Position numbers and translations under genes: made by a program. Below the pieces are notes generated by a model. That model was not told the DNA's origin. It searched no databases and saw nothing but the letters and a program-made list of their open reading frames with translations. DNA of 64,000 nt, the filler included, from Stramenopiles sp. TOSAG23-3 (lineage: Eukaryota): NCBI GenBank assembly GCA_900128585.1. It is 8 parts of 8 records of this genome, joined end to end, with 100 filler letters (N's around TTAATTAATTAA, not from the genome) between each part and the next. Parts side by side here need not be neighbours in the genome. Positions count along the whole stretch, not along the records: positions 48,326 to 56,255 come from LT643086.1; positions 56,356 to 64,000 come from LT643122.1; 6 more parts are not named here. One strand, 5' to 3'. Shown piece by piece: positions 53,952 through 62,603 of this stretch (position 1 is the first letter of the stretch; each line of letters begins with the position of its first letter).

Positions 53952-54301
53952 GCTATAGTTCTACATAAGGGGCAAGTATTATTTACACGAAACCAACGCT
54001 CTATACAATGTTGGTGAAAGGTATGGTTACAGAGTAAGGTTTGTTTAATATTGAAGTCCTCTTCGTGGCATATGGAGCAGAATTCCATATTCTGTATGCT
54101 GTGCGCTTCAATGGTCAACACCTTTCTGTTCTGTAGTTCAAGTATGTACAATGCTTTTGGTATAGTGAAACTGGGGTACCTTGAATTGATTCGATCTTGG
54201 ACGATGCTTTTGTACGCATGGTAGCTGTAATCATCCAGCCATTGTTGAAGCTCCTGTTTTACATCGTCGGTCTGTATATTGACCGGTATCCATATTTCCA
54301 T
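53948..54301 (-). CDS. Small RING-H2 finger protein (putative E3 ubiquitin ligase)
   Basis: CSICHEEDF...LLCNHTFHQHCIERWF..NNTCPLCR. Confidence 0.92.
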   Translation of the reverse strand: MEIWIPVNIQTDDVKQELQQWLDDYSYHAYKSIVQDRINSRYPSFTIPKALYILELQNRKVLTIEAHSIQNMEFCSICHEEDFNIKQTLLCNHTFHQHCIERWFRVNNTCPLCRTIA

Positions 54302-54327
54302 TTAATATACCATAATGAATATTTATA

Positions 54328-54741
54328 CTATTTTTTCATATCCATTTTAAAATTTTGGTATTTGCGCACCAAGAAATCCTCTTCTACATGGTACACCCAA
54401 CTGTTCAAAAACGGTCGTTCCAGCCAGACCACATCCACATACACTTTGTCCATTTGCTCGTTGCATTCGTCCCATTCTTTCGCTGCTTCTTCCGAACAAA
54501 AAGTAATGACCAAATATTTTACATCGTCGCCTTCCACGATGGCCTTTGCCACTCTCGAATACCCATAGTACATGTACAGGGATTTGTCGTCTTTGTACTT
54601 CTTACTGAGTGCATAAGCATACACTTCGTGTTTGAACCTGCTCATTGGGTTTCCCTCCTTCAGTTCTTCGCGTAAAACGTACGTATCGTCTTCCAATAGT
54701 CTGGAATATATGTAAAAGTCAGAGGATAAATAATTTCCCAT
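54328..54741 (-). CDS. ORFan, 137 aa, N-myristoylation motif (MGNYLS)
   Basis: Tightly packed ORF preceded by TAAATG and a -26 TATTTAA; MGxxxS start. Confidence 0.75.
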   Translation of the reverse strand: MGNYLSSDFYIYSRLLEDDTYVLREELKEGNPMSRFKHEVYAYALSKKYKDDKSLYMYYGYSRVAKAIVEGDDVKYLVITFCSEEAAKEWDECNEQMDKVYVDVVWLERPFLNSWVYHVEEDFLVRKYQNFKMDMKK

Positions 54742-55455
54742 TTATATCATTTCATTTGACTTAAATACCTTCTTCGCCGTGTTGCATCTTGTCTTTGCAT
54801 CTTTAATGTTTAAAGGCAATGGGTAATCCTCTGGCACGACTTTTGGTATGTACCATTCCTCCGTCTCGTTTTCTACACTGTAGTACACCATTGCGTTGAA
54901 TATAATACATGAACCAATCATGGATACAATCGAGGATGTATTCATACTACTTACGGACCACTCTAGTAGAGCAAACACATAATTGTATGCCATTCGATAG
55001 AGAAAATATTCTTTTATTTTCGTCTTGCTCTCCCACACCAGAATAGGTTCCTTCATTTTGTGATAGATAGCGAGGCACACCATTGCTAATAAAAATTGCA
55101 GGTATCCGGCAGTAGAGCAAAAGCACAATACGCATGTCAGATGAATGGATTCCGAAGTACAACGATTCCATTTGACCATTTTAAAATTGAGACACAACAA
55201 TAAAATCCATATGCCCCCAGCGTACTCGTTGCGATAGGCCATTGTAATCCATAATACCAAACGTTGTACGTGTAGCCATCGGTTGAGGTCAATCATGTTC
55301 ATTTCTAGGATAGGATAATGGTGAATGACTAGAGCATGGGTAACAATATGACCTAATAAGATAGTATACATGGAACCATGAAGAAGGTAATGAAGACAGA
55401 GAATACACCATGGTAATAAACTAATAGGGAAAAGAGACTGTAGTCTGAGATTCAT
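54742..55455 (-). CDS. ORFan multi-pass membrane protein, 237 aa
   Basis: Several hydrophobic segments; its stop TAA abuts the next ATG; shared promoter motif upstream. Confidence 0.7.
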   Translation of the reverse strand: MNLRLQSLFPISLLPWCILCLHYLLHGSMYTILLGHIVTHALVIHHYPILEMNMIDLNRWLHVQRLVLWITMAYRNEYAGGIWILLLCLNFKMVKWNRCTSESIHLTCVLCFCSTAGYLQFLLAMVCLAIYHKMKEPILVWESKTKIKEYFLYRMAYNYVFALLEWSVSSMNTSSIVSMIGSCIIFNAMVYYSVENETEEWYIPKVVPEDYPLPLNIKDAKTRCNTAKKVFKSNEMI

Positions 55456-55493
55456 TTAAACAATATGTATCTGTATTTATATAGATATAAGCA

Positions 55494-56093
55494 TTAATCA
55501 CAAATAACGGTGTGTGGTCCTGAAGGAAAGGCTGCAAACAATTCTTTCAAACTTTGTTTGTTTGGATTCAATTCAGAGACCAGCATTTTTTTCCCATCGA
55601 ACATGCGAATCTCGGCACTTTGGTCTCCATCCGCGTACGCGCGCAAACTCTTTATGTAACGCTCTTTGCCTTTCATAAGCTGCATGTCATTTCCTTGAAA
55701 TCCTACCAAATGTTTTAGGGTGGTTGCGTCCTTAATATTTTTCTCCTTTGCTTTGTTACCAACACACGAGTTCGTATGGGACTTACCGCAATCGTCACAG
55801 GCCTGTTCGTACTCATTTTCTACTTCTTCCTCTTCCAACAAATCGTCCATGTTCACATCCATGGGTTCCACATTAATCAATTTTCTCACCTTTCTCGGTT
55901 CCGGCGCCAACGAAAAGGACTGGACCAAAACATCGTTAGGACCAATTTCTATACGAGCCTTTTTAATGGATTCTTCTAGGGCGGAATTGGGAGCAATATC
56001 GGTTTGAAATTTTGCGTTGAACTCGGAAATGGTCATAAATTTCATTCCCGGGGCTCTTAGGTAGGTTACGTAACGATTCACTTCGTTGATCAT
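55494..56093 (-). CDS. ORFan, 199 aa, with CxxC...H..C motif; N-terminus weakly resembles the TFIIE-beta winged helix
   Basis: ATG ORF with shared promoter motif; CDDCGKSHTNSC; the similarity to TFIIE-beta is by eye only. Confidence 0.7.
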   Translation of the reverse strand: MINEVNRYVTYLRAPGMKFMTISEFNAKFQTDIAPNSALEESIKKARIEIGPNDVLVQSFSLAPEPRKVRKLINVEPMDVNMDDLLEEEEVENEYEQACDDCGKSHTNSCVGNKAKEKNIKDATTLKHLVGFQGNDMQLMKGKERYIKSLRAYADGDQSAEIRMFDGKKMLVSELNPNKQSLKELFAAFPSGPHTVICD

Positions 56094-56139
56094 TTATTGA
56101 GTCATTCTACCGTATATATACGCAAAAAGATTTATTTAA
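56094..56139. promoter_or_regulatory. 46-nt bidirectional promoter with central palindromic CGTATATATACG and TAAATG starts on both strands
   Basis: TATATATA at 56113-56120 lies 27 nt from the ATG on each strand (56093 and 56140). Confidence 0.75.
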
Positions 56140-56255
56140 ATGAGATCCGAGCGTATTCGTAGAGAACAATTTTCAGCCATAACCATGTTAGACGGTGACG
56201 ACACTGACCCATGCGAAGAAGCTTTGGAACCTTTAGAAGCATTGGAATTTACTCC
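56140..56255 (+). CDS. Partial ORF (MRSERIRREQFSAITMLDGDD...), truncated by contig end
   Basis: TAAATG start 27 nt after the TATA box; frame open to the linker. Confidence 0.55.
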
Positions 56256-56355
56256 NNNNNNNNNNNNNNNNNNNNNNNNNNNNNNNNNNNNNNNNNNNNT
56301 TAATTAATTAANNNNNNNNNNNNNNNNNNNNNNNNNNNNNNNNNNNNNNNNNNNN
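56256..56355. other. Artificial contig-joining linker
   Basis: 44N-TTAATTAATTAA-44N. Confidence 0.98.
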
Positions 56356-56829
56356 GAAAATAAAAGAGAACTTTTTTTGGTTAAAATAATAAGTTTTTTC
56401 GCCATTTTATATGTTATTCAATGTTATTTTGTGTTACACTAACTCCCTGCTAGTTTTTTAATTAAAAAAAGTTCACACACATACCACATACACACCCCTC
56501 TGGACACAAAACCGGTTAAGTACAATACCATATAATAATATAGACTTAATAACAGGAGGATAGTATGGGGAGGGTGAAGAATAAATTAATAATAATAATA
56601 AATAATATAAAAAAAAAATAAAAGAAGAAGAAAGAAGAAGAATAATAATAAGAGGAGCGAGGAAGCGAGGAGGAGAAGATCGGCCATTGTATTTTTTGTG
56701 AAGACTTACTTCTTGGCCATTTCGACAAAAAGGATAACCATAAATATGTGAATCTTATTTTCACCATCCGCTCAAAAATTTATATCTCAATTGTCAGTTT
56801 AGAATCACTGCTGGGTTTTAAAGAAAGCA

Positions 56830-58359
56830 ATGGGCGGTCTTGCTTTTTTGTGGGTTGTGGTGTGCGTCGCGGTTCTCGGGGGCGTAGCGTGTTCGACAGG
56901 GGCGAGGCTGAGCAAGGCCAAAGGAAAGGTTTTATTTCCCGACCTTAGTGCACGGACTGATTTCATAGATTGTTCCATAGATTATGCCCACGTACATGCT
57001 GGAGAAGACATTGTATTTCGCTACTCCATCCCGTTGCATGTTTTGGAAAAGTTCGAAATCGAACGCGTGGTTGTCTACATGCAAAATGGCCAGTCTTCCG
57101 CCATAAAGTTGGACAAAAAGGTCTTGTTCTTTACACACTCGTCGCCAATTGACCATGCTTCGCAAACACTATACGGCGAAACAGTGTTTACTGCGCCTGG
57201 CGTCGGGTCGGCGGTGAAAATCGGGATGTACGAGACGGAGGATGACGTTACGCCGATAATAGAACTAGGATCCGTCAAAGTCTTGACTGACGAAGAAATG
57301 GCGCTCGTCAACAGCAACCGTGAACGGGCAGAGCGCACCGAACAAGAGGCTATTGACTGCAAATCTAAGTATCAATTTTTCACCAAAGGGGGCAGATTGG
57401 AAGACAAAGAAATGGCAGCAAAAGTTTTGAAAGAATGCGGCATGGTTGTCGTCCACAATCTTTTGCCCACTTCTCAAGTCGAATCGCTAAAATCAGACAT
57501 CATGTCTTACGTGTGTACCTACCAAGAAAAGTCGAAAGTTTCCTTGGCTCAAGATTGCAAAACGCGCCCGAAATGGCACGGGTCAATCATTCCTGTCATG
57601 TCGGTTAATCACGAAAAGCGGTTTGAGTTTGTGACACCTTTTGAAGGTGCGTTCGGGGAAAAGTATTCTTGGGCGAATCCGTCAGCCATGGATTTACTAA
57701 GCGAGGTCTTACTGCCATCCTACGTCATTGAGAGTATAGGTGGTTTTAACGCGATGCCCGGGGCGAGCAATCAGAACTGGCACGTTGACAACGAGCACCA
57801 GCTGTTTAGTGAAGTGCCGCAGCACCCACCGTACTGCTTGACAGTCTCCATTCCCCTCGTAGATTGTAACACCGTGTCGGGCTGCACGGAGTTCTCGTTT
57901 CGATCCCATCATTGTATGGATGTGGACTCCGATGGTGTTCGATTGCCGGGCTGCGATAACAACAAGGACATTTGGCCAGATGTAAAAGCTGGGTCCGCCA
58001 TTATTTACGATCCAAGGATCATTCACCGCGGGCGGGAAAACAAGGGGAAGACGGACCGGCCGATGATACACAACAGTTACTGCCACCCGTGGTACAAAGA
58101 CGAAGGCAACGGCCGCGGCGAGAGCGTTGTCGTGAAGAATATGTTGAAACTCGGACGGCCGACTGCTGAAAGCGAAGCACTCTACAATAAAAACGAAGAA
58201 GAGGCAGACAGGCTTGCCGTTGATGATTTGTTGCTGAAGATGTACTCAATGTACGCTCTAGAAAAAAACGGGGATCCCCCAATCACTGAATCCTACGAAG
58301 GTACCAGCACTGGCATAGAACTGGTCAAGAAGCGGATGGCGGATTCAAACGAATTGTAA
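56830..58359 (+). CDS. Secretory-pathway PhyH-family 2OG/Fe(II) dioxygenase
   Basis: Signal peptide; PGASNQNWHVD (HxD), IPLVD....GCTEF...SH, AGSAIIYD.RIIHRG..N...RP; C-terminal SNEL. Confidence 0.88.
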   Translation: MGGLAFLWVVVCVAVLGGVACSTGARLSKAKGKVLFPDLSARTDFIDCSIDYAHVHAGEDIVFRYSIPLHVLEKFEIERVVVYMQNGQSSAIKLDKKVLFFTHSSPIDHASQTLYGETVFTAPGVGSAVKIGMYETEDDVTPIIELGSVKVLTDEEMALVNSNRERAERTEQEAIDCKSKYQFFTKGGRLEDKEMAAKVLKECGMVVVHNLLPTSQVESLKSDIMSYVCTYQEKSKVSLAQDCKTRPKWHGSIIPVMSVNHEKRFEFVTPFEGAFGEKYSWANPSAMDLLSEVLLPSYVIESIGGFNAMPGASNQNWHVDNEHQLFSEVPQHPPYCLTVSIPLVDCNTVSGCTEFSFRSHHCMDVDSDGVRLPGCDNNKDIWPDVKAGSAIIYDPRIIHRGRENKGKTDRPMIHNSYCHPWYKDEGNGRGESVVVKNMLKLGRPTAESEALYNKNEEEADRLAVDDLLLKMYSMYALEKNGDPPITESYEGTSTGIELVKKRMADSNEL

Positions 58360-58697
58360 CTGGTCGAAGGCACCCACTGTCTTCCAGCTGGGTAATGTAA
58401 TTCGCCCTAAAAACGTGTATTGCCTTACTTATTTTTGTGACATATAAGAATGTTTTTTTTTTGTTAAATGTTAATTTTACTTAAAACACCTCAACAACTC
58501 ACAAATGACAATTCCATGACGACTGTTTCACAAGACAGACAACGAGCACCTTTAAAACATTCACGCCACTGCTTGGAAAACTAGGAATGATTTATCTCTG
58601 ATTGAGATATTGGACGAGGAAGTTGCTTATGGGTCTTGTGGCGTTAACGCGTTTTCACTTATCGATTCGGATCATGCATGGAGTACATATATGAAAA

Positions 58698-58823
58698 TGA
58701 TAGTCAAGACTAAGTGACAAGTATAATATCTTGATTACTAAAATCACACCAGTAGAGTTCAGTTCGCAGTGCACATTTTAATTTTAATTTTGCTTTACAA
58801 ATAACCAGCCAATTATCTTTTCT
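58698..58823. repeat. Dispersed repeat family A (ATAGYCAAGACTAAGTGRCAAG...GTTCAGTTCGCAGTRCA...AAATAACAGCCAAT)
   Basis: Related copies at 23938-24087 and 24321-24405 on different contigs. Confidence 0.8.
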
Positions 58824-58927
58824 TAAATAACTGACTCGCTTTAAATCACAGCCAGTTTGTTTTTGGTTTTATTTAATATAACAGACATTAATTGGAAAAA
58901 AGGTATATATACACCAAACACTAATTG

Positions 58928-60310
58928 TTAAATACGCACCCAGTTGGTAACTTTCTCTTCGTCCGTAATAAACCTGCACAGCCGCCTCATCCCCTCTTCC
59001 ACGGTGTCCTGGTCCTGCGCCAAACTAACGCGAATATGCTGCTCAGCGTTTGTCCCAAAGGTTTCCCCGGGTGACACTGCGACCTGGTGGTCTTGGAGTA
59101 ATTGGTGGCAAAATATTTCTGTGTGCGGGGTGTCCAGAGCGTTTGCACGCAGCCACTCCCCGTTGCGTTCCAGCCACGCTTTGATAGGTATCAAGCAGTA
59201 GAATGCTCCTGCAGGTGTATACTCCACGAGGGAATCATGTTCCGACATAATAGCAATTGCGGAGTCCCGCCTTTCCTTATACTGAGCAACACAGTCACGA
59301 ACAAATGTATCGTTGGGTTTCAAACACTCGTCGATAGCAGTGATGGCGGCCGCTTGGCTAAATGGAACCCCGCAACTGAGAAACGCTTCTTGTAGTTTGG
59401 TAGACAAGTCGACAAGTTTCTTTGATCCTAATAACCACCCCACACGAAAACCGGTCATGGAATACGCTTTGCTGACACCGCTCACCACAATGGTACTATC
59501 AAAATCTAATGTTTCGGCACAGTCCAGAATACTACAAGATTCTGCCCGTTGGTCTGCTTCCGAATCGTCGGACCCAAAGTAAACCTGCGAATAAATCTCG
59601 TCCGACACAATGAAGAGACTGTTCTCCTTGGCAATGCCGATCAATTCTGTCAATTCTAATTTCGTCAGACACGTTCCCGTGGGGTTAGACGGGGTACAAA
59701 GGATTATAACTTTTGTCTTTGGGGTGATCGCACGTCGTATACTGTCAATGTCCAGACGCCAACCGTTGTTTGGGTCCAAATCATAGTTTCGAGGAATTCC
59801 ACCGAATAGGTTGACTGCCATCTCATAGTTGGGCCAGCCAGGGTTGGGGCAAAGAACTTCGTCCCCGTGCTCTATCGTACTCATGAACGCTGTCGCAATG
59901 GCCCCGACGGCGCCGTGGCTAATGACAACATTGTCAGGACCAAACGATTCGTAGAGTTTGCCGAACCGCGTGTTGTAATAGTTTGCTACGGATTCCCTCA
60001 GCTGAATGAGTCCTCCGTTTGGTATGTACCGTTGGAACGGGACGTCGTTCACTGCCTCGGTGACTCTGTCCAGACTTAGTTGGGGAGGAGAGAACATAGG
60101 TTGCCCAACTTCCAAATGGAACACCCTTTTCCCTTGGCGTTCGATTGCCCATGCCATGTCCATAATGTCGCGTATTCCCGACCTCGGAATTGCTTCAGCC
60201 ACGGGAGAAAAATGTGGACCTGAGGACAACCGCCTACACGTTCGTGCCCCGACGAAGTTGAATTTAGAGCAGCAGTGGCGTGTCCAAACGGACATGACCT
60301 TCGATAGCAT
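58928..60310 (-). CDS. PLP-dependent class I/II aminotransferase (aspartate aminotransferase Ib-like) with probable mitochondrial transit peptide
   Basis: LEVGQP, PSNPTG, SDEIY, SGVSKAYSMTGFRVGW, VSPG..FG...IRVSLA; the Arg/Ser-rich leader from ATG 60310 (upstream ATG at 60403 is also in frame). Confidence 0.94.
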   Translation of the reverse strand: MLSKVMSVWTRHCCSKFNFVGARTCRRLSSGPHFSPVAEAIPRSGIRDIMDMAWAIERQGKRVFHLEVGQPMFSPPQLSLDRVTEAVNDVPFQRYIPNGGLIQLRESVANYYNTRFGKLYESFGPDNVVISHGAVGAIATAFMSTIEHGDEVLCPNPGWPNYEMAVNLFGGIPRNYDLDPNNGWRLDIDSIRRAITPKTKVIILCTPSNPTGTCLTKLELTELIGIAKENSLFIVSDEIYSQVYFGSDDSEADQRAESCSILDCAETLDFDSTIVVSGVSKAYSMTGFRVGWLLGSKKLVDLSTKLQEAFLSCGVPFSQAAAITAIDECLKPNDTFVRDCVAQYKERRDSAIAIMSEHDSLVEYTPAGAFYCLIPIKAWLERNGEWLRANALDTPHTEIFCHQLLQDHQVAVSPGETFGTNAEQHIRVSLAQDQDTVEEGMRRLCRFITDEEKVTNWVRI

Positions 60311-61646
60311 TTGGTTTACTAATAAAATTGAAGTGTGCAATGGTGGAGTAGACAACGCTATAATTGAACACTTTTCGTTCTTTGGATGTATTAAATCATA
60401 CACTTTTGCTTTTCAAGGTTGGAACGGCACGTTTGACATAAAGAGAAAAAAAGTACGCCGCAAAAATCAAGTAGTTGAATGTTGATTGAAAAAAAAGAGA
60501 AGAAGAATCAGTGTTGTTGACTTATATTAGTCGTCGTCTATTAATAATTATAAAAAATATAGGATATATATAATATAATAAATTCATTTTTGTTGTTTTG
60601 TTGGTTGTTGTGTTGTTTTGTTGTTGTTATTAATATTTTTATTATTAATAATATTTTTTTTGGTTTGAAATTTGAAAGTTTGATTATTGAAAAAGTTGAA
60701 GAATGAAAAAAGTTGAAGAAAGTTGAAAAAAAAAGAAGAAGAAGGAAGGAAGAAGAAGATGAAATGAAGCAAGAAGATAGAAGAAAAGATGATAGAAGAA
60801 AGAAGAAGAAGAAAGAAGAAGATGTAATTAATTATTTATATCAAAATCAAAGATAGGCAACAAAGGAAGAACAAAGAAGGAAGAAGAAGAAAAAGAAGAA
60901 CGCGAAATTTATTATTTATTTTTGTTGAATTTTGTTGTTGTTTTGTACTAGTTTCCTTAACAAATGGTACCATAGTAGATTTCCCCTTATTTTTTCATTT
61001 TCAACCCGAAAATCGACGCGTCGATTATTTTATCATTTTATAAATGGGCGCGTAGTGGGTTCTGTATATTATTACATATTCATAGCATTGATTTCTTCAG
61101 CTTCTCAATCAATCATTGATTATTTTGAAGAAGAAGAAGAAGAAAAAAGAAAATGAAAAGAAGAAATTAGAAAATGTTGTTGATCTCCATGAATATATTA
61201 ACCTTATTTATATAGTATAAATATGTTGTAACTTTACATGGTTTTCCGTGATCATCATAAAAATATTATTATTATAATAGAAATAATAACAAAAAAAACC
61301 CATTTTTTTTTTAATATTTTTTTGCTCCTTTTCTTCTCATTGTTTTGATGTTTTATTGTTGTAGTACCATCATCATGATGAAAGTAATAAAAAATACTAC
61401 GCAAGAAGATATTTTGGTAGTATAGGTATAATATGATGATGATGATGGACGACCGCCGCCGCTGAAAAAAGAAACGACAAAAGAAATGTACAAAAGGAAT
61501 CGGTGTCCATATGTCCATGTGATTGGAAGAAAAAAGAAATACAATCGACCAAGAAAGAAAAACGTAACGACAAACTCAATATAATAAAAATATTTAAATA
61601 TTTATTCATAATATAACGGTTGGGGTAGAAACTGTCACTTGCCACA

Positions 61647-62333
61647 ATGATGGCCGCAGTCTTCAGAAAGGAGGCCGCTGCGACCGAGGCGGGCACCGAC
61701 GCAGCGTTGAATCGGAAGAGCACATCTAAGAACGGTGGCATGCCTAGGAACCAGAGTTACACCTGTGTACAAGAGCCCTTTGTGGTTCAAAAATCATCGG
61801 AAAAACCAGAAAAAAACTACGTTACCCAGAGCTTGCGCAACGTCCAGAGAGAAGAGACGCTGGGGGAGAAGGTTAAAGTTTCGAACGTTGTTGGCAGCAT
61901 ATTGGCAAAGCTGTGCGAAAGCCAGTCCGTAGATGCGTTAGAGTCTGCATCGGCCCAGCAAGCAGTATTCCATGGGACCATCCTTCCAAAGATTAGCCTT
62001 GCAAACTACTGTTTCAGGATACTAAAATATGGTCGAATATCATCCTCGGTCATGGTCTGCGGCATTGTATATATTGATTCCCTTGTAAAAAATAAAGTGG
62101 TGAAGCTCTCCGAATTCTCGGTACACAGGCTTCTCCTCGCTGCTTGCGTCGTCTCCGCCAAAGTTGTAGACGACAAGCATTTGAGCAACAAGAACTTTTC
62201 TCTGGTCGGCGGTGTGTCACTGGAAGAACTGAACCATTTGGAAGTAACACTGTGTTTACTGATGGATTTCAAACTTAATGTTCCTCACAGTATTTATGAA
62301 AAGTATGTCACGACAATCGAAGCGCTGCTCTGA
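61647..62333 (+). CDS. Cyclin, PHO80/cyclin-U (P-type) family
   Basis: FHG...PKISLANY..RI.KY, VYID, SVHRLLLA...VSAK..DD..LSNK.FS.VGGVSLEELNHLE..L..LMDFKL. Confidence 0.93.
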   Translation: MMAAVFRKEAAATEAGTDAALNRKSTSKNGGMPRNQSYTCVQEPFVVQKSSEKPEKNYVTQSLRNVQREETLGEKVKVSNVVGSILAKLCESQSVDALESASAQQAVFHGTILPKISLANYCFRILKYGRISSSVMVCGIVYIDSLVKNKVVKLSEFSVHRLLLAACVVSAKVVDDKHLSNKNFSLVGGVSLEELNHLEVTLCLLMDFKLNVPHSIYEKYVTTIEALL

Positions 62334-62398
62334 AAATAACGGCGCCGTGGGTTGCCGTATACCGTAACTAGGACTAAAATGTACATAAAAATAATATA

Positions 62399-62425
62399 AA
62401 AACAAGAAAATTGGCTGTTATTTAA
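62399..62425 (+). promoter_or_regulatory. Representative copy of the recurrent gene-3' motif AAACAAGAAAATTGGCTGTTATTT
   Basis: Also at about 7757, 24383, 36226, 36263, 38956, 40501, 40668, 46371 and 58799; nearly always sense-oriented downstream of a stop codon. Confidence 0.65.
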
Positions 62426-62603
62426 GATATATTTTACAGTAATAGTTATTACTTGGAAAACAATCTTAGATTTCGAAGAATCAATGATTGGTATTTAGTG
62501 AGTGTCTTAAAGCATACTGCATAATCTGCTTTTTGTATCTAATACAAATGGGATACAACAAAACCGGTGAAACCAGCGTATGTTCTATGCAACCCACCGC
62601 GCT

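Larger units (their letters stand above)
48326..56255. mobile_element. Contig of probable large DNA virus origin (NCLDV- or mirusvirus-like; endogenous or co-assembled)
   Basis: Nearly 100% coding, no introns, 0-46-nt intergenic gaps, overlapping stops, no host microsatellites or host repeats, a D6/D11-type helicase and a shared promoter motif. Confidence 0.75.

Noticed and set aside
4322-58359. Apparent cluster of four 2OG/Fe(II) oxygenase-fold genes (two JmjC, FTO, PhyH)
   Set aside because: They lie on four different, artificially joined contigs, so there is no physical clustering.
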